From Lytechinus pictus (Eukaryota), in assembly GCF_037042905.1 (NCBI RefSeq), contig NC_087245.1, positions 17,672,001-17,736,000 on the forward strand: a stretch of DNA of 64,000 nucleotides, in the 5' to 3' direction. Below the pieces are notes generated by a model. It did not search any database. It was not told the DNA's origin and worked only from the letters and a program-made list of their open reading frames with translations. Both the position numbers and the translations under genes were made by a program. Within the stretch, counting starts at the first letter, position 1, and the number at the start of each line of letters is the position of its first letter. Below, piece by piece: positions 1-13,184 of this stretch.

Positions 1-170
1 TCATGTTAATATAGGCCAAATAAGTAGAATTTTGTAGACTTGCTCGCTTCGCCCGCTCACAATTTTTCTGAAATATTCCAACGTATCTAAACTCAACCTT
101 CTCTTGCACGCTCACTATTCGATAATTTTTTTCACATATCACATCCTTCACAATAATAATATGCATACAG

Positions 171-3100
171 AAACGTTATGACGGATCTGTGGATTTTTAC
201 CGCAATTATACCGAGTATGTTCGTGGATTTGGTGACGTCGAGGGCGAATACTGGTTGGGATTAGACCAACTCTACTTACTTGCTAAAGATGGAGTCGAAC
301 TCAGAATCGATATGGTTGATTACGATAACAATCCATTCTACGCTCATTATGGCAGTTTTAGCATTGGAAGTACCAACACCAAGTAAGGTTCTTACAATTT
401 TCCTTCGCTATAATTATAGAGAGAGCGTATGGAAAACGTTACATTTTGGAAAAGCTGTCAAAATTACGCTTATTAATGAAGTATCATTGTGTAATATCTC
501 TAAAATCTTCTCTATTAGATGACACCACGAGATATTTTGTACATGCTTGAGCGCAAAACGACATGTTTTATCAGGGTGACGAGAATGGCTTGCACCATAA
601 TGAAGGAATGGGCAGTCAAATCAAATGATTTGCTCGAGTTATTAAGATCTTTTCACATACTATTTATTCTTGATTAGTACAGGATAGAAGAGGCATAACC
701 TTGTTTTTACATATATATTATATTTTTTGATGGTTTCTTGTCAATTTTAGAGTGCTGATTACGAATCTGAATGATGCCACTCGTGTAACCTTGAGCATTT
801 CCCGCAAATTGGCAAAATCCAATATGGCCGCCAAAATATGCAAATTACCCATGAAAATCATAAAAATTGCCTGCACATTGGCAACAAAATGCATGAAATT
901 GTGTGGCAGGAGTGAAATACTCGCTGAATAAATAATTTTTGACAAAATATATATTTTCTGGATCATAATGGCCGCCATAGGCCTCTGTATACTCTATTAT
1001 GTACACCATGAATAGGGAAAACTAATTTTCACAAAAAATGAGCGCTAAACTGCAAGAAATCGTGATCTATGAACGAAGTTCTGTATGCAAATCGTCATTA
1101 CTAACGAGATATATCATTTATTATATCATGTATGGGAACATTTCTGTATTTTGATATTTAAAATAGCCGCCACTGGCCAAAACAGTATTATGTACAATGG
1201 CAAAGGGGGCCAAAAGAATCACAAGAGTGAGCACTAAAATGCATATTATTAAGATAAACGAGTGGAATACTGACTAAAAACATAATTGTTAGCGAAATTT
1301 ATCATTTAATATGCCATGTATGTGATAAATGTTGTATTTTGATATTCAAAATTGCTGCCTAAGACCCTAACAGTATTATGTACAATGAGAAAGAGGACCA
1401 AAGAAATTACAAGAGGTGGCACTAAAATGCATATGTATGTGATAAAGTTACGTAATACTGTCTAAAAAAACCATAATGAATATTCGTAGTACACGTAAAT
1501 GGAGTAGATCTCCAACGAAATATAGTTTGTGTTAAATACTATATTTTGACTTTCAAAATGGCCGCCATAGACATTGACTGTATTATGTATAATGCGAACT
1601 GGGAAACTAATATTCACAGGAGTGAGCACCATAAATGTACGTTATAGTGATCCGTGAGTAAAATATTGCCTGAAAGCATAATTTCTAACAAGATATATCA
1701 TTTATTCTGCCAGTTAGGTGACAAATACTGTATTTTAAAAGTAAAAATGGCTACTACAGGCCCTTACGGTATATTATGTACCATGTAAATGGAAAAAAAT
1801 GATTTCAACATAATTTGGCTTTGCTTGACTAAATGGTGTTGTATGAGTGAAATATTGTCTGAAAACATCATTTATAACAAAAATATATCATATCTTGTGT
1901 AATTTAGGTGATAAATATTGTATTTAAACATTCAAAATGGCCGTCATATGCCCTTTTGTGAAAATTATCTGTCGTCATTCAAATTGACGATAAGGGCCTA
2001 TGATAGCTATTTTCAATTTCAAAATGCAGCATTTTCAACTTAATTACACAAGATATGATATATCTCGGCAGAAACCATGGTTTTAGGCAATATTTCACCC
2101 TTACATCACAATTATATGCAATATCTATAGTCAAGCAAAGCCAAATTCTGTCAAAATTATATGTCACATGTTCCTATGTACATAATACTTTTAGGACCTA
2201 TGGCAGCCATTTTGGATTTCAAAGTATACAGCATTTATTACCTCCATGACCAATATGTGATGTATGTAGTTAGAAATCATGTTTAAGACAATATTTTTAA
2301 TCGTACATAACAGTTACATGCATTTTATGATTCTCACTCTTGTGAAAATTAGTTTGGTTAGGGCTTGTAGCGGCTATTTTGAATGTCAAAATACAGTATT
2401 TATCACCTACATGGCAGAAGAAATGCTATAATTCCTTCAAAATTATGTTTTCAAATAATATTTTACTCATACAACAGGATTATATGGATTTCATAGTCAA
2501 GCAAACCCAAATTCTTACAAAATTATATGTCCCCATTTACATTCTAGATAATACTGTTAGGGCCTTTATGGGCCAATTTTGAATTTCACAATACAGCATT
2601 TATCTCATGCATGACAAAAGAAATGATATGCCTCGCTAGAAAACATGTTTTCAGACAAAATTTTACTCGTAGATCACAATTACATGTATTTTATGTTTCT
2701 TACTCTTGTGAAAAATAGTTTCTCCATTTGCATTGTACATAATGAATATAGGGCCCATGGCGGCCATTTTGAATGTCAAATTATAGCATTTATCACATAC
2801 ATGGCATGATGAATAATATCTTTTGTTAACAATTATGTTTTTAGTCAGTATTCCACACGTTTATCTTAATAATATGCATTTTAGTGCTCACTCTTGTGAT
2901 TTTTTTGGCCCCCATTGCCATTGTACATACTACTGTTTGGGCCAGTGGCAGCTATTTTAAATAATAAAATACAGCAATTTTCCCATACATGACATAATAT
3001 ATATATCTCGTTAGTAATGGTGATTTGCATACTGTACTTCGTTCATATATCACGATTTCTTGCGGTTTAGTGCTCATTTTTGTGAAAATGAGTTTTCCCT

Positions 3101-5700
3101 ATTCATGTTGTACATAATAGAGTTTACAAAGGGCTATGGCGGCCATTTTGAATATCCAGAAAATAGATATTTTGTCGAAAATTATTTTTTCAGAGAGTAT
3201 TTCACTCCTGCCACAAAATGTCATGCATTTATCGCCAATAAGCGGGCAATTTTGTGACTTTTATGGGTAATTCAAATATTTTGGCGGCCATATTGGATTT
3301 TGCCAATTTGTGGAAAATGCTCAAGGTTACGCGAGTGACATCATTCAGATTCATAATCAGCACCCTCGAATTGACAAGCAACCATAAAAAAATATTGTAT
3401 ATATGAAAAAACAAGGTTCGTCAATTTTCTATGGGGCCAATCCTGGACTAAATCATGCTTAAAACAGTGGACAATAGAAATTTAAAAAATCTATTTTGGG
3501 TATTCACGTACGTGATTTTGACAGCTTTTTCAAAATGAAACGTTTATCGTTCATCAAATTTTGATTTTTGTTTATATTGCTTATATAATTCTACATTACA
3601 CATTACTACCGAACCAACAGCAACGGTAATTATCATTTCCCTAATCATCCCCGGGTAATTTGTGCCTTTTCACTCCCGGTTCACCCCCCCCCCCCCCCCC
3701 CCCCTCCGCTCGTAATCGCGATATCTGCGCGATGGCGGAAAATGACGGTTGCATCTTAGCAAACTTTCACTAAATCTATATTATCTTGTCCCATACACAA
3801 ATTAACTATCTTTATTTGTGCTATGGAAGTAGAATTTGGGGGTAAATCTATCGATAAAGCCATCGAAAAACTTTTTTTTCAGAGACTCTTTGTATCTAGG
3901 ATTGTTATAAATATGCATACACATAAAATGTTTTCTTAAGTGGGTCTTTTTATCGTTGTGTTTTTCCTGTTTATTTATTTTTTTTAACTATGTTTTTTCA
4001 TGGAATTTTTCGTCGATACTTGAAAGTGCTATTTAAATCGAATGTTACAAGGGCCGCGAAACCGAAGGGGGGGGCGGGTGGCGCTTCATCTCTCCCAGTA
4101 TTTAACCATTTTCACAAAGAGTGAAAATGACCAACGATTTTATGCATGCCCCCCCCCCCTCGCTTTCCATATCGTTCTGCAGCCCCTCTGTTAAAAGATA
4201 CAGTTACTAATTTTGACTAGAAACAGAGTTTACATTGGATTTGTGCATGAAATTACCTTTTTTAAGCAAATTTGGGCCTAACAATAACCATGAGCAGATG
4301 ACCAATAAACCGTGAATTACGATAATTTAAGGGGTACTCCAGGCTGAAAATGATATGATTTGAAAAAGATAAAGAAAAAATAGACAAACAAAACACTGAA
4401 GAATTGTTTGAAAATGGACAAGGAATAACAAAGTTATGACATTATATAGATTTGCATTATTTATTTCATATTTTCATACATGTGTGTGTGATATATCTTT
4501 ATCATGATAAAATAAGTTGCAGCCATGAATATCTCATATATTATATCAATTGTCTATCCTTTTATATTTTGTTCTTAAAGAAAAAAATGAATAAACATAC
4601 TTTCATGTAAAAAAATACAAATGAACAAGTGGGGATATGATATTATCGGTCTACTCATGAAGACATGTTTAGAACTGTTTATTACGGTGAAACAGTTCTA
4701 AACATGTCTTCATGAGTAGACCGATAATATCATATCCCCACTTGTTCTTTTGTATTTTTTTACATGAAAGTATGTTTATTCATTTTTTTCTTTAAGAACA
4801 AAATATAAAAGGATAGACAATTGATATAATATATGAGATATTCATGACTGAAACGTATTTTATCATGATAAAGATATATCACACACACATGTATGAAAAT
4901 ATGAAATAAATATGATTTCATGTAACAACATAAAAAGGTAAAGTGGGGAGGTGACATCATCAGCCCACCTACTGAATATTCATGCAACGTTCATATAACT
5001 GTTTCACAATATTGCTGAATTTTACTATAGGCAAATATACTTAGATATAATAATTTTCAACCCGGAGTAACCCTTTATTCTGATGTTGATTACATTTTCA
5101 ATGTAATGCTTGTTTAAATTTATTTTAAAGTAAATGAATAGAGATATTAATGAATTAATTGAAAAAAAATAGATAAAATATAATGACGTGACAAAAAATT
5201 TATGAATTACAAAATAATATTTATGCACGGAGCATTTTTCAACTTAGGGGCCCTACGAAAATAAGAAGTAAAAATGAAAGTGCTGATACTTAGATCCTCG
5301 GGTGCGATACGTCAGACATATTTTCATTATATTTTCTCTTCAATCGCAATCTTGAATTTACATGACTGTTTTAAGGTTCTATATAGTCTTAGACTAAATT
5401 CAATTTAATGTATGTATTTACTATCTTCAACAAAGCTACCGAATCGGGTTTTCATCATATACCGGTACTGCAGGAGAAGGGCTAGATGCAGCCAACGGAC
5501 AGGACTTCTCAACCTATGACAATGACCATGATGACACCAGGGCTAATTGTGCTTCTCTGTACAAAGGGGGGTGGTGGTATAACGACTGTTATACAGCCAA
5601 CTTGAATGGGATACACGGACTCCAAACTGGTTTGACAGCGATTATTTGGGATTTCTCTGACTCAAAATACATGAGAGCTACAGAAATGAAGTTAAGATGA
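171..5700 (+). CDS. FReD protein copy A, 5'-partial; exons 171-382 and 5436-5700
   Basis: cag|AAACGT acceptor; KRYDGSVDFYRNYTEYVRGFGDVEGEYWLGLD motif; donor AA|gtaagg (phase 2) joins aaag|C TAC to give NYRIGFSSYTGTAGEGLDAANGQDFSTYDNDHDDTRANCASLYKGGWWYNDCYTANLNG...MRATEMKLR*. These are canonical fibrinogen C-terminal motifs. Confidence 0.9.
677..3448. mobile_element. Non-autonomous foldback DNA transposon in last intron of copy A
   Basis: Ends ta|GTACAGGAT and ATCCTGGAC|ta. Imperfect inverted arms of ~1.3 kb meet near 1960-1995 and are built from ~170 bp subrepeats (AAAATGGCCGCCAT, TATTATGTACAATG). No transposase. Confidence 0.8.
4330..5074. mobile_element. Kolobok-like non-autonomous element in last intron (also ~28539-29134, ~44896-45713, ~60260-60783)
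   Basis: TIRs AGGGGTACTCCAGGCTGAAAAT / ATTTTCAACCCGGAGTAACCCT in a TTAA-like context; the superfamily assignment is an inference. Confidence 0.6.
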
Positions 5701-6492
5701 TCGGATTGATCCATGTTGTTGTCATTCCTTTCTACCTAATTTTTTAAGTTCTTATACAATAGTTATTTTAAAGCACAATGTAGTCCAAGTGATTGTGTAT
5801 ATTAGAGAATCACTTGAAAAACAGGAATAAGCAATTTAAACATATTTCATGTAATGATCTATATCTATAATGGATTTCATGTCAACATGGTAACACGAAC
5901 ATGGGCCTCATGTTTCGGAGGGGGGGGGGATGGGCTGCTCACGTATAATGGTAGAACCGGTACGTGGCTCTTAAGACCCCTTTTCACTCATTGACCAACC
6001 CGTTCTCCCTCGCTCCTTCATATCCTAACTAAGCCCTTTATTTTATTCGTCAGTTCTCGATGACCACATTTCATTGTAAATTCCACCCACCCCCCCCCAA
6101 AAAAAAAAATGCAGAACTTCAGTTCTTAAGAGTATGGCATCTGATTTTCTGGCCAAACATCCGTATCCTTTCCAATCCGAGTGGGGGGGGGTGCCTCTCA
6201 CTGAAAAACCAGTCCAGAATGATAGTCCTTTCTCAAGAGCTTTCAAGACACTGGACCCTGGTTCCTTTCACACCTTAAGGGCGCCACCTATTGCTGTCCT
6301 TTACCAGGAAACGAAACAAAACTGTTTATTCATATTTATTTATCAAAACCTAATAGACAATCATTATTCGGAGTTGTTAAAACTCATATTAGTGAAAAGT
6401 GCGTAAGTTTCAATATTTTACATCAATTCCAGACAATAACAGACTGTCATGAAAATTGCATTTTTCTCGTGACAATTTTATTTTCACTTTAC

Positions 6493-6718
6493 AAAATCCC
6501 AGCCATGGCGTAATTTCCTTCAGCAAGAAATGTATCCACATTGTGCTGCACTCAACCCAGGTGAGGTGAATGGGTACCCGGTAGGAAGAAATTCCTTGAA
6601 TGCTTGAGCAGCCCAGCTAAAGCCAGGGTAATAATAATAGCAGGGCCCGCTGGGAGAACAGTTTTCAGAACTGAAGTGGCTTCCCTGGGTCAATATACCT
6701 ATATAACTATATTATTAT
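6493..6718 (+). mobile_element. 5'-truncated SINE-like element (repeated at ~30540, ~47130, ~62215)
   Basis: AAATCCCAGCC (B-box 3' end-like), core ...CACATTGTGCTGCACTCAACCCAGGTGAGGTGAATGGGTACC..., and a TAT-repeat tail. Confidence 0.55.
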
Positions 6719-6959
6719 AAAATACGTACCTTTTGAATTTATCTTTGATACAACCGATGTAGAAGAGGCTTGGCTATTATAGTATGACGTATAAATTTAT
6801 ATGTCTCTCTCTCACTTACACACCCTCCCTGCATGATTTTCTATTATTCATGCCATGTAAGTAGACTTAAGTTTTTGACGAAATACTGTTATGTTTTTGT
6901 TTATCTGCTTATATTCCTCAGATTGTATATTTGTTTTGCATTACCTAGTATTTTTGTTT

Positions 6960-7170
6960 TGAACAAAATATTGGCGAATGCCAGTGATGCTCTAATAGTA
7001 AATTCAGTTCAATTCATGTTAGCAGTAAACAAACATACTCCAAGGAAGAACAAAACGAGTTCGGTCTAAAGTCTGTCCTTGGATGAACGGCGAGTTAATT
7101 AGTGAGATGAATAGACGAAATAAGTTTCATAAAATGATATTAAAGTATAAGTGCTCAGAATATACTGACA
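6960..7170 (+). pseudogene. Degraded non-LTR retrotransposon (CR1/L2-like) ORF2 fragment; repeated at ~31020 and ~47620
   Basis: Copy C reads VNKHTPRKKKRVRSKVCPWMNGKLISEMNRRNK, resembling the endonuclease-RT linker of CR1/L2 ORF2; frameshifted in A and B. Confidence 0.5.
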
Positions 7171-7934
7171 ATGGACAAAACATCGAGAATTACCGTTTAC
7201 CCTTTCAAGCCACTTTAAATTTTAATGTGGAAGTGTGTGGACAATTGTAAAATGTTGATTTAAAACTTGTCAAATTTTGAGGATTTTCACATTTTTGAAC
7301 TGTCTTACTGTTATACCATATTTTGCCCAATTTCTGGATATATTAATGTTTTGATATATATTTCTTCATGTGTTAATTTAATATCCACATTTTGTGATCA
7401 AATAAAATTGGAAATATTCGCAATTATCTATTTTCAACAAAACTCACTTTCTAGTTTTCCCATGAAACTGGCGGCATCACAGGTCGCCAACAAAGGCTAC
7501 ATTGCACCTGTGTATTCTTTTGTACTTCTTTAGAAATCGAAAGGTACATGAATTAATTTGCATTTCGTTGACACTCCATCTTTTTTACCTCCATGGAATT
7601 ATCGACCAATTTCTCTCCTTAGTTATAATTTTTATCGAAGATTCAAGAGAGAGCTGTAGTTGCGTAACTATGGGGGGGGCAGAGATAACGGAGGAAAAAG
7701 AAGAGAATTGAGGAAGGAAGAAAGAGAGACATTGTGACAGACATTGTGGGAAATGAAAGAAGGGGAATGTAAATAATATTATTTTGATAATTTGATGAAA
7801 AATAATGTGCATAGGGTCTATGTGCTCATCACTCCTGGTGCTAATATTTACGGAAGCTTAAAAGTGCCACCGAGATGACGAGATAATTCCTCGTCTTCTC
7901 GACTTTTTGGGTCCGATAAAGCGAGACGGTGAAA

Positions 7935-8650
7935 TTCCAAATCTCGTCTTCTCGACTTCTCGGATACGAGAAGATGAGAAAGCGAGATTCCAAATCTCGT
8001 CTTCTCGACTTCTCGGGTATGTGAAGATGAGAAAGCGAGATTCCAAATCTCGTCTTCCCGTCTTCTCGTGTATGTGAAGGTGAGAAAGTGAGATTCCGAA
8101 TCTTGTCTTCTCGACTTCTCGGGTATGTGAAGGTGAGAAAGCGAGATTCCAAATCTCGTCTTCCCGTCTTCTCGGGTATGTGAAGGTGAGAAAGCGAGAT
8201 TCCGAATCTCGTCTTCTCGACTTCTAGGGTATGAGAAGGTGAGAAAGCGAGATTCTAAATCTCGTCTTCTCCACTTCTCGGGTATGTGAAGATGAGAAAG
8301 CGAGATTCCGAATCTCGTCTTCTCGACTTCTAGGGTATGAGAAGGTGAGAAAGCGAGATTCTAAATCTCGTATTCTCGACTTCTCGGGTATGAGAAGATG
8401 TGAAAGCGAGATTTCAAATGTCGTCTTCTCGACTTCTCGGGTATGAGAAGGTGAGAAGGCGAGATTCCAAATGTCGTCTTCTCGACTTCTAGGGTATGAG
8501 AAGGTGAGAAAGCGAGATTCTAAATCTCGTATTCTCGACTTCTCGGGTATGAGAAGATGAGAAAGCGAGATTTCAAATGTCGTCTTCTCGACTTCTCGGG
8601 TATGAGAAGGTGAGAAGGCGAGATTCCAAATCTCGTCTTCTCGACTTTTT
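7935..8650 (+). repeat. 53-bp tandem array (GAGATTCCAAATCTCGTCTTCTCGACTTCTCGGGTATGTGAAGATGAGAAAGC); related arrays at 14400-14720 (+) and 14725-15250 (-)
   Basis: Period 53 (7984 to 8037, etc.), about 13 copies. Confidence 0.95.
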
Positions 8651-9135
8651 CGGTATTAAAATGTACGGAAGCTTGAGAGTGCCACAATGGTAGTCTGTCG
8701 TCATCCTGAGCCATTGTTTGTCTATATATAGGCACAGAACACGGGTTAAAGCCCGATAGACCGCGGGTCCGATAGACCGCGGGTCCGATAGTCCGCGGGT
8801 CTGATAGACCGCGGGTCCGATAGACCGTGGGTCCGATAGTCCGCGGGTCCGATAGACCGCGGTTCGATAGACTGCGGGTCCAATAGACCGCGGGTCCGAT
8901 AGTCCGCGGGTCCGATAGACCGCGGGTCCGATAGTGCGCGGTGTGTGTAAAATTATGATCAGGATATAGTGAGATCCAATTAAGAGGTCAAAAGGCCAAT
9001 GATACGAGTCCATGGGGTTCTATAACGATGACCCTAAGGACAATCTACTTCAAGGAAAATATTATCCCCATATTTTTATCGTCAGGGACTGCTACCCACC
9101 CCCCCCCCCCGGAAATTTACCCTCTATAGACGCCA

Positions 9136-9841
9136 TACGGAGCCTCTAAAATGCCATCGACTAGACGACATGGCTAGATACTTTATCTTGCCATGTCGAC
9201 TAAATAAGCTTATTATGTCCGCATGGCGCGATACGTTATTCTGCCACTTATAAAAAGTTATATGTCAACATGGCGAGATATTTTATCTTGCCAAGTCGAC
9301 TTAAATAAGTTACATGTCAACATAGCGATATATCGGGATTCTCGCCGGGACTTGTACACTTCATATCTCGCCATGTGGACATATCGACTTGACAAGATAG
9401 AATATACCGCTATGTCGAAATAATAAGCGTATTAATGACTTAGGCGGCGGAAGCGGTGGGGGGGGGGACCTTTCCCCCCTAAATTTGAGGTGAGGGACGA
9501 TCCCCCCTAGATTTTTAGTTGAGAACCTTTTTTTGCTTGTCAATTTGTTTTCTACGTCCCCTCCCCCCCCCCCTACATTGAGGTGGACCCCCCTAAAATC
9601 TTTTTGCCCCCCCCCCCTAATTTTGGTTGATAACCTTTTTTTTCTTGTCAAAAAATGTTGGTGGTCCTTCTTATAAATTTTGGTTGATTTGCTTGTCAAA
9701 TTTGTTATCTGTGTCCATCCCAAAATTTCAGGTGGACCCCCCTAAATTGTTTTGCCTTCCGCCGCCAATGATTGATTAAGACATGGCAAGATAAAGTACC
9801 ACGCCATGTCGTCACGTTGATGGCATTTTCAAGGATCCGTA
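9136..9841. mobile_element. Nested MITE with TACGG...CCGTA termini
   Basis: TACGGAGCCTCTAAAATGCCATCGAC / GATGGCATTTTCAAGGATCCGTA with internal ACATGGCGAGATA repeats; no clear TSD. Confidence 0.7.
9439..9770. mobile_element. Nested MITE inside 9136-9841
   Basis: TIR CTTAGGCGGCGGAAG / CTTCCGCCGCCAATG; imperfect 8-bp flanks attaatga/attgatta. Confidence 0.65.
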
Positions 9842-10170
9842 CTAGGGGTAATTATCCGGGGTAATTGTCTGGAGGGTAAATTTCCGGGGGGGGGGTATCA
9901 GTCCCCGGCGGTAAAAATATAAGGATAATATTTTCCTTGAAGTAGTTGTCAGGGGTTGATTGCCCTAATTGGGTTATTGTTATAGAACTCAGGCGCGGAT
10001 CCAGGATTTCGTGGGGAGGGGTAGACGTCAAAGAAAATCTGAGATTTCATTCTTAAAAACAAATTGAGGTATCTCACAAGGCCTAAATAAATAATGAGAA
10101 CGCGAAGCGCGATCTTTTTTTTTTTTTTTTTTAATAGATTTTTCATGTATTATATCCTGAAAGCCTAAGT

Positions 10171-12232
10171 CAGGGGCGGACCCAGCTTCCGCCAATAGGT
10201 TGAGGGGCCATTTTTTCACCCATATTTTCAAATCATATTATCAAAATTGATTTTTTTTCTTTCTTTGAAGGGGTTGTCCCAGTGCCGTAATGAGCCAACA
10301 ATTTCGAGGGGGCTCGATATGGTGTATCGCATAAAATTAATAAGAAGTTGCCAGTGAGCGAAGCGAGCAATCAAATATGCTGAAATTTTTATCACAAAAA
10401 TACAAGGTTGTGGTAGATTTTGACATAATATTTGGAAAATAATATTATAATTTATCCTAATTCCTTTCCTTTTCTCTCTATTTTTTCTCAGTTTTGATTC
10501 TGTCTTTTATTTATTTATTTTTTTTTTTTGGGGGGGGCAAAACGCCCTTTTCCTAACAGTCATTTCCTAGCTTTACTTTATAAGCAACATAAATGTGTAA
10601 TAATCTCTTAAGCCCTATGTAATCTAAAAATGAAATTTCATGTATTTTGTCCTGAAAATTGAACATTTTGGGCAATGTTTGTGAACCTGAACAGGACGCG
10701 TATGTAACTAGATAATTACCACGAGCGCGAAGCGCGAGCAGAAATGTTAAATATTCGTTCTGGCCTGGTCAAATAGGGTCCTGTTAAGGATGTTTTGCAG
10801 TTAGCCATTAAGACGATACATATTTCAACGATTAAATAATGCAAGCGCGAAGCGCGAGCTGAACATTTTTTATATTCCAACCTAAAAAGATTAGATTTCA
10901 AATCCCCCAATGGGACATTCGATTCATGTTTGTCAATCATGAAAAAGGATGGATAATTTTTGGTATCTTCCTGCAATAATAATGCGAGCGCAAAGCGCGA
11001 GCAGAAAATTTTTGATATTCTGATTCCAAACTGGATAATTTTAGCACGTTTTGAATAAGATCAAGCTTTGTATCTCAAAAACATGCGCGCGCGTGTTTTA
11101 GAGTTAGACAGAATCCTGGCAATCTGAATACATTTCATTTTTCATCATAAAAATCAATAATGCAAGCGCAGAGCCCGAGCTGAAAATAATATTTGAAATT
11201 CCGATATTAAAAGGGTCAATTTAAGCATTGTTTACAGCACTGTGTATATAGGGAAATTTGATAGCACTATATAACTAATGCGAGCGCGAAGCGCGAGCTG
11301 ATATTTTATTATTTATTTGACCCAGGATCGAGACATTTTAGGCCTAAGGACATTTTGTCATCATGAAGGATGACTATCTTCTATTTCTTTTCCTAAAACT
11401 TATTGATATTTATTTCTGAAAAAGGGACAATTATGAATTCATACAAATTTTATTTCATATTTATTAATCTGTTAGGCCTAATGAGTGTGTGAAATTTGTT
11501 GACAGTTCATGAGGCCTGAAAACTGGATATTTTAAGTATTTTTGTAATCATGAATAGGATTCATTAGTTGATATATTTTTAGCAAATAATGCGAGCGCAA
11601 ATTGCGATCCGGATTTTTTTAATAGAATTAATATATAGGTATACATAACTCACCAATCAAAATGCGAGCGCACAGCGCTAGCTCATAGGCCTTTATTATT
11701 TTTTTTACAATCGAGACACCTGAAAAGGTATATTTAGAGAATCTTATATGAAATATAAAAAGACAATAGGTAGACCTACTTGGCAAATAGTGCGAGCGCA
11801 CAAAATGTTGCAAATGTTGATTCAAACCATAAAACGGACATTTTCCAGAGCACTTAAAAACATAAATTGGTAAATAAAACAAAATAATGAAAGATCGATG
11901 TCCGAGCTGAATTATGTTTTGTACATTAATATCCAAACTTGATATTTTAAACTACATATCAGCCTATTGAGCAAGATATGTATCTCATCGAACAGGCAAT
12001 GCGAGCGCGATGCGCGAGCGAAACTTTAATATAGTGACATTGAATATTAAAAACAAATTGTTTTCCAAGTCTTCTCCTGACCTTATTTTATTCACTCGTC
12101 TTCCTCCTTTTATGTTTCGTCTTCTTTTTTCTCCTTTCTTTCCCCCTTTTTTTTTCTTTCCCCGTTTTTCACAATTTATTTGCTCTGTCAATAGGGGGGA
12201 GGTTGCCCTCGGGCGGCCTCGATCCGCCTATG
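10171..12232 (-). mobile_element. Nested non-autonomous element of the same family as 16482-18436, opposite orientation
   Basis: Ends CAGGGGCGGACCCAG / GATCCGCCTATG; recurrent GCGAGCGCGAAGCGCGAGC motif. Confidence 0.65.
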
Positions 12233-13019
12233 TTAGTAGTTGTTATGATGAACACGATGCATATCTATTAAGAAATGAATGCGACCGCGAAGCGCTAGCT
12301 GAAAACTTTTATAATGATGAAATGAAAAATACATTTTCAGTTGTCAGGTTAGAATATCAAATATTTTCAGCTTGTGCTGCTCGTTCGCATAAAAAACTGT
12401 AAGGTCGGGATGCGTATATGACTAAACAATTTATTGATGCCAGCGCGAAGCGCGAGCTCAATTTTGTATATACTGACTTAGGAAGGACTAAGGTATAATT
12501 CCTATTCTTGAAGCAGAGGATGCATACCTCATTAATCAATTATTGCGAGCGCGTAGCGCGAGCTGAATTTGATAATAACTTTTTTTTGTGACCCTGAACA
12601 GGGTATCTATCTCGCTAAACAGACTTAAAACTCGAAAACATTGTTTTTTCTGTGATCGTAAAAACGGGATATTTTAATTCAGCCGCATTAATTTAAGTTT
12701 TTTGGGCAGGACATATATTTTACTATAAACAGGCAATACGAGCAATGTTGCGCCCCCGGTCGAAAATTAATTTGCATGAAGCCCTCTAAGTTCAAGGTCA
12801 ATTTGGCGCCCTCGGTTGAACATAAACTTGGCGCCCCCATGTGAAATATAACTTTGCCCTCCCTCCCCCTCTCTGAAACATGTATTTGTCGCATTATGGT
12901 CAAAATTCAAATTAGCGCTCCCCTAGTTCGAACATCAATTCGGTGCCCCGCTAGATCGAACATCAATTCGGCGCCCCATAGTTCGAACGTCATTTTGGCG
13001 CCATCAAATCGACGTCCAG

Positions 13020-13174
13020 GGGAGCGTTTCATTAAAGGACTTGTCGGACGTTTTATCTGACAAGTCCCCTTTTATCCGACAGTTACCATAGAAACAGTGA
13101 CTCTCAAAATAAAAATTAAGGAAAGATATCAGATCTGACAATTTGTCGGACAAAAATGTTGATGAAACGCTCCC
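13020..13174. mobile_element. PIF/Harbinger-like MITE
   Basis: TIR GGGAGCGTTTCAT / ATGAAACGCTCCC; 3-bp TSD CAG. Confidence 0.7.
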
Positions 13175-13184
13175 CAGGTCAACA

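Noticed and set aside
7935..8650. Regular repeat array superficially like CRISPR
   Set aside because: Contiguous tandem units without unique spacers, no cas genes, eukaryotic context.
7841..9013. ORFs such as MESRFLTFTYPRSRED... and GPAVYRTRGLSDPRSI repeats (also 14213-15335)
   Set aside because: Translations of 53-bp and 16-bp subterminal transposon repeats, open in several frames on both strands.
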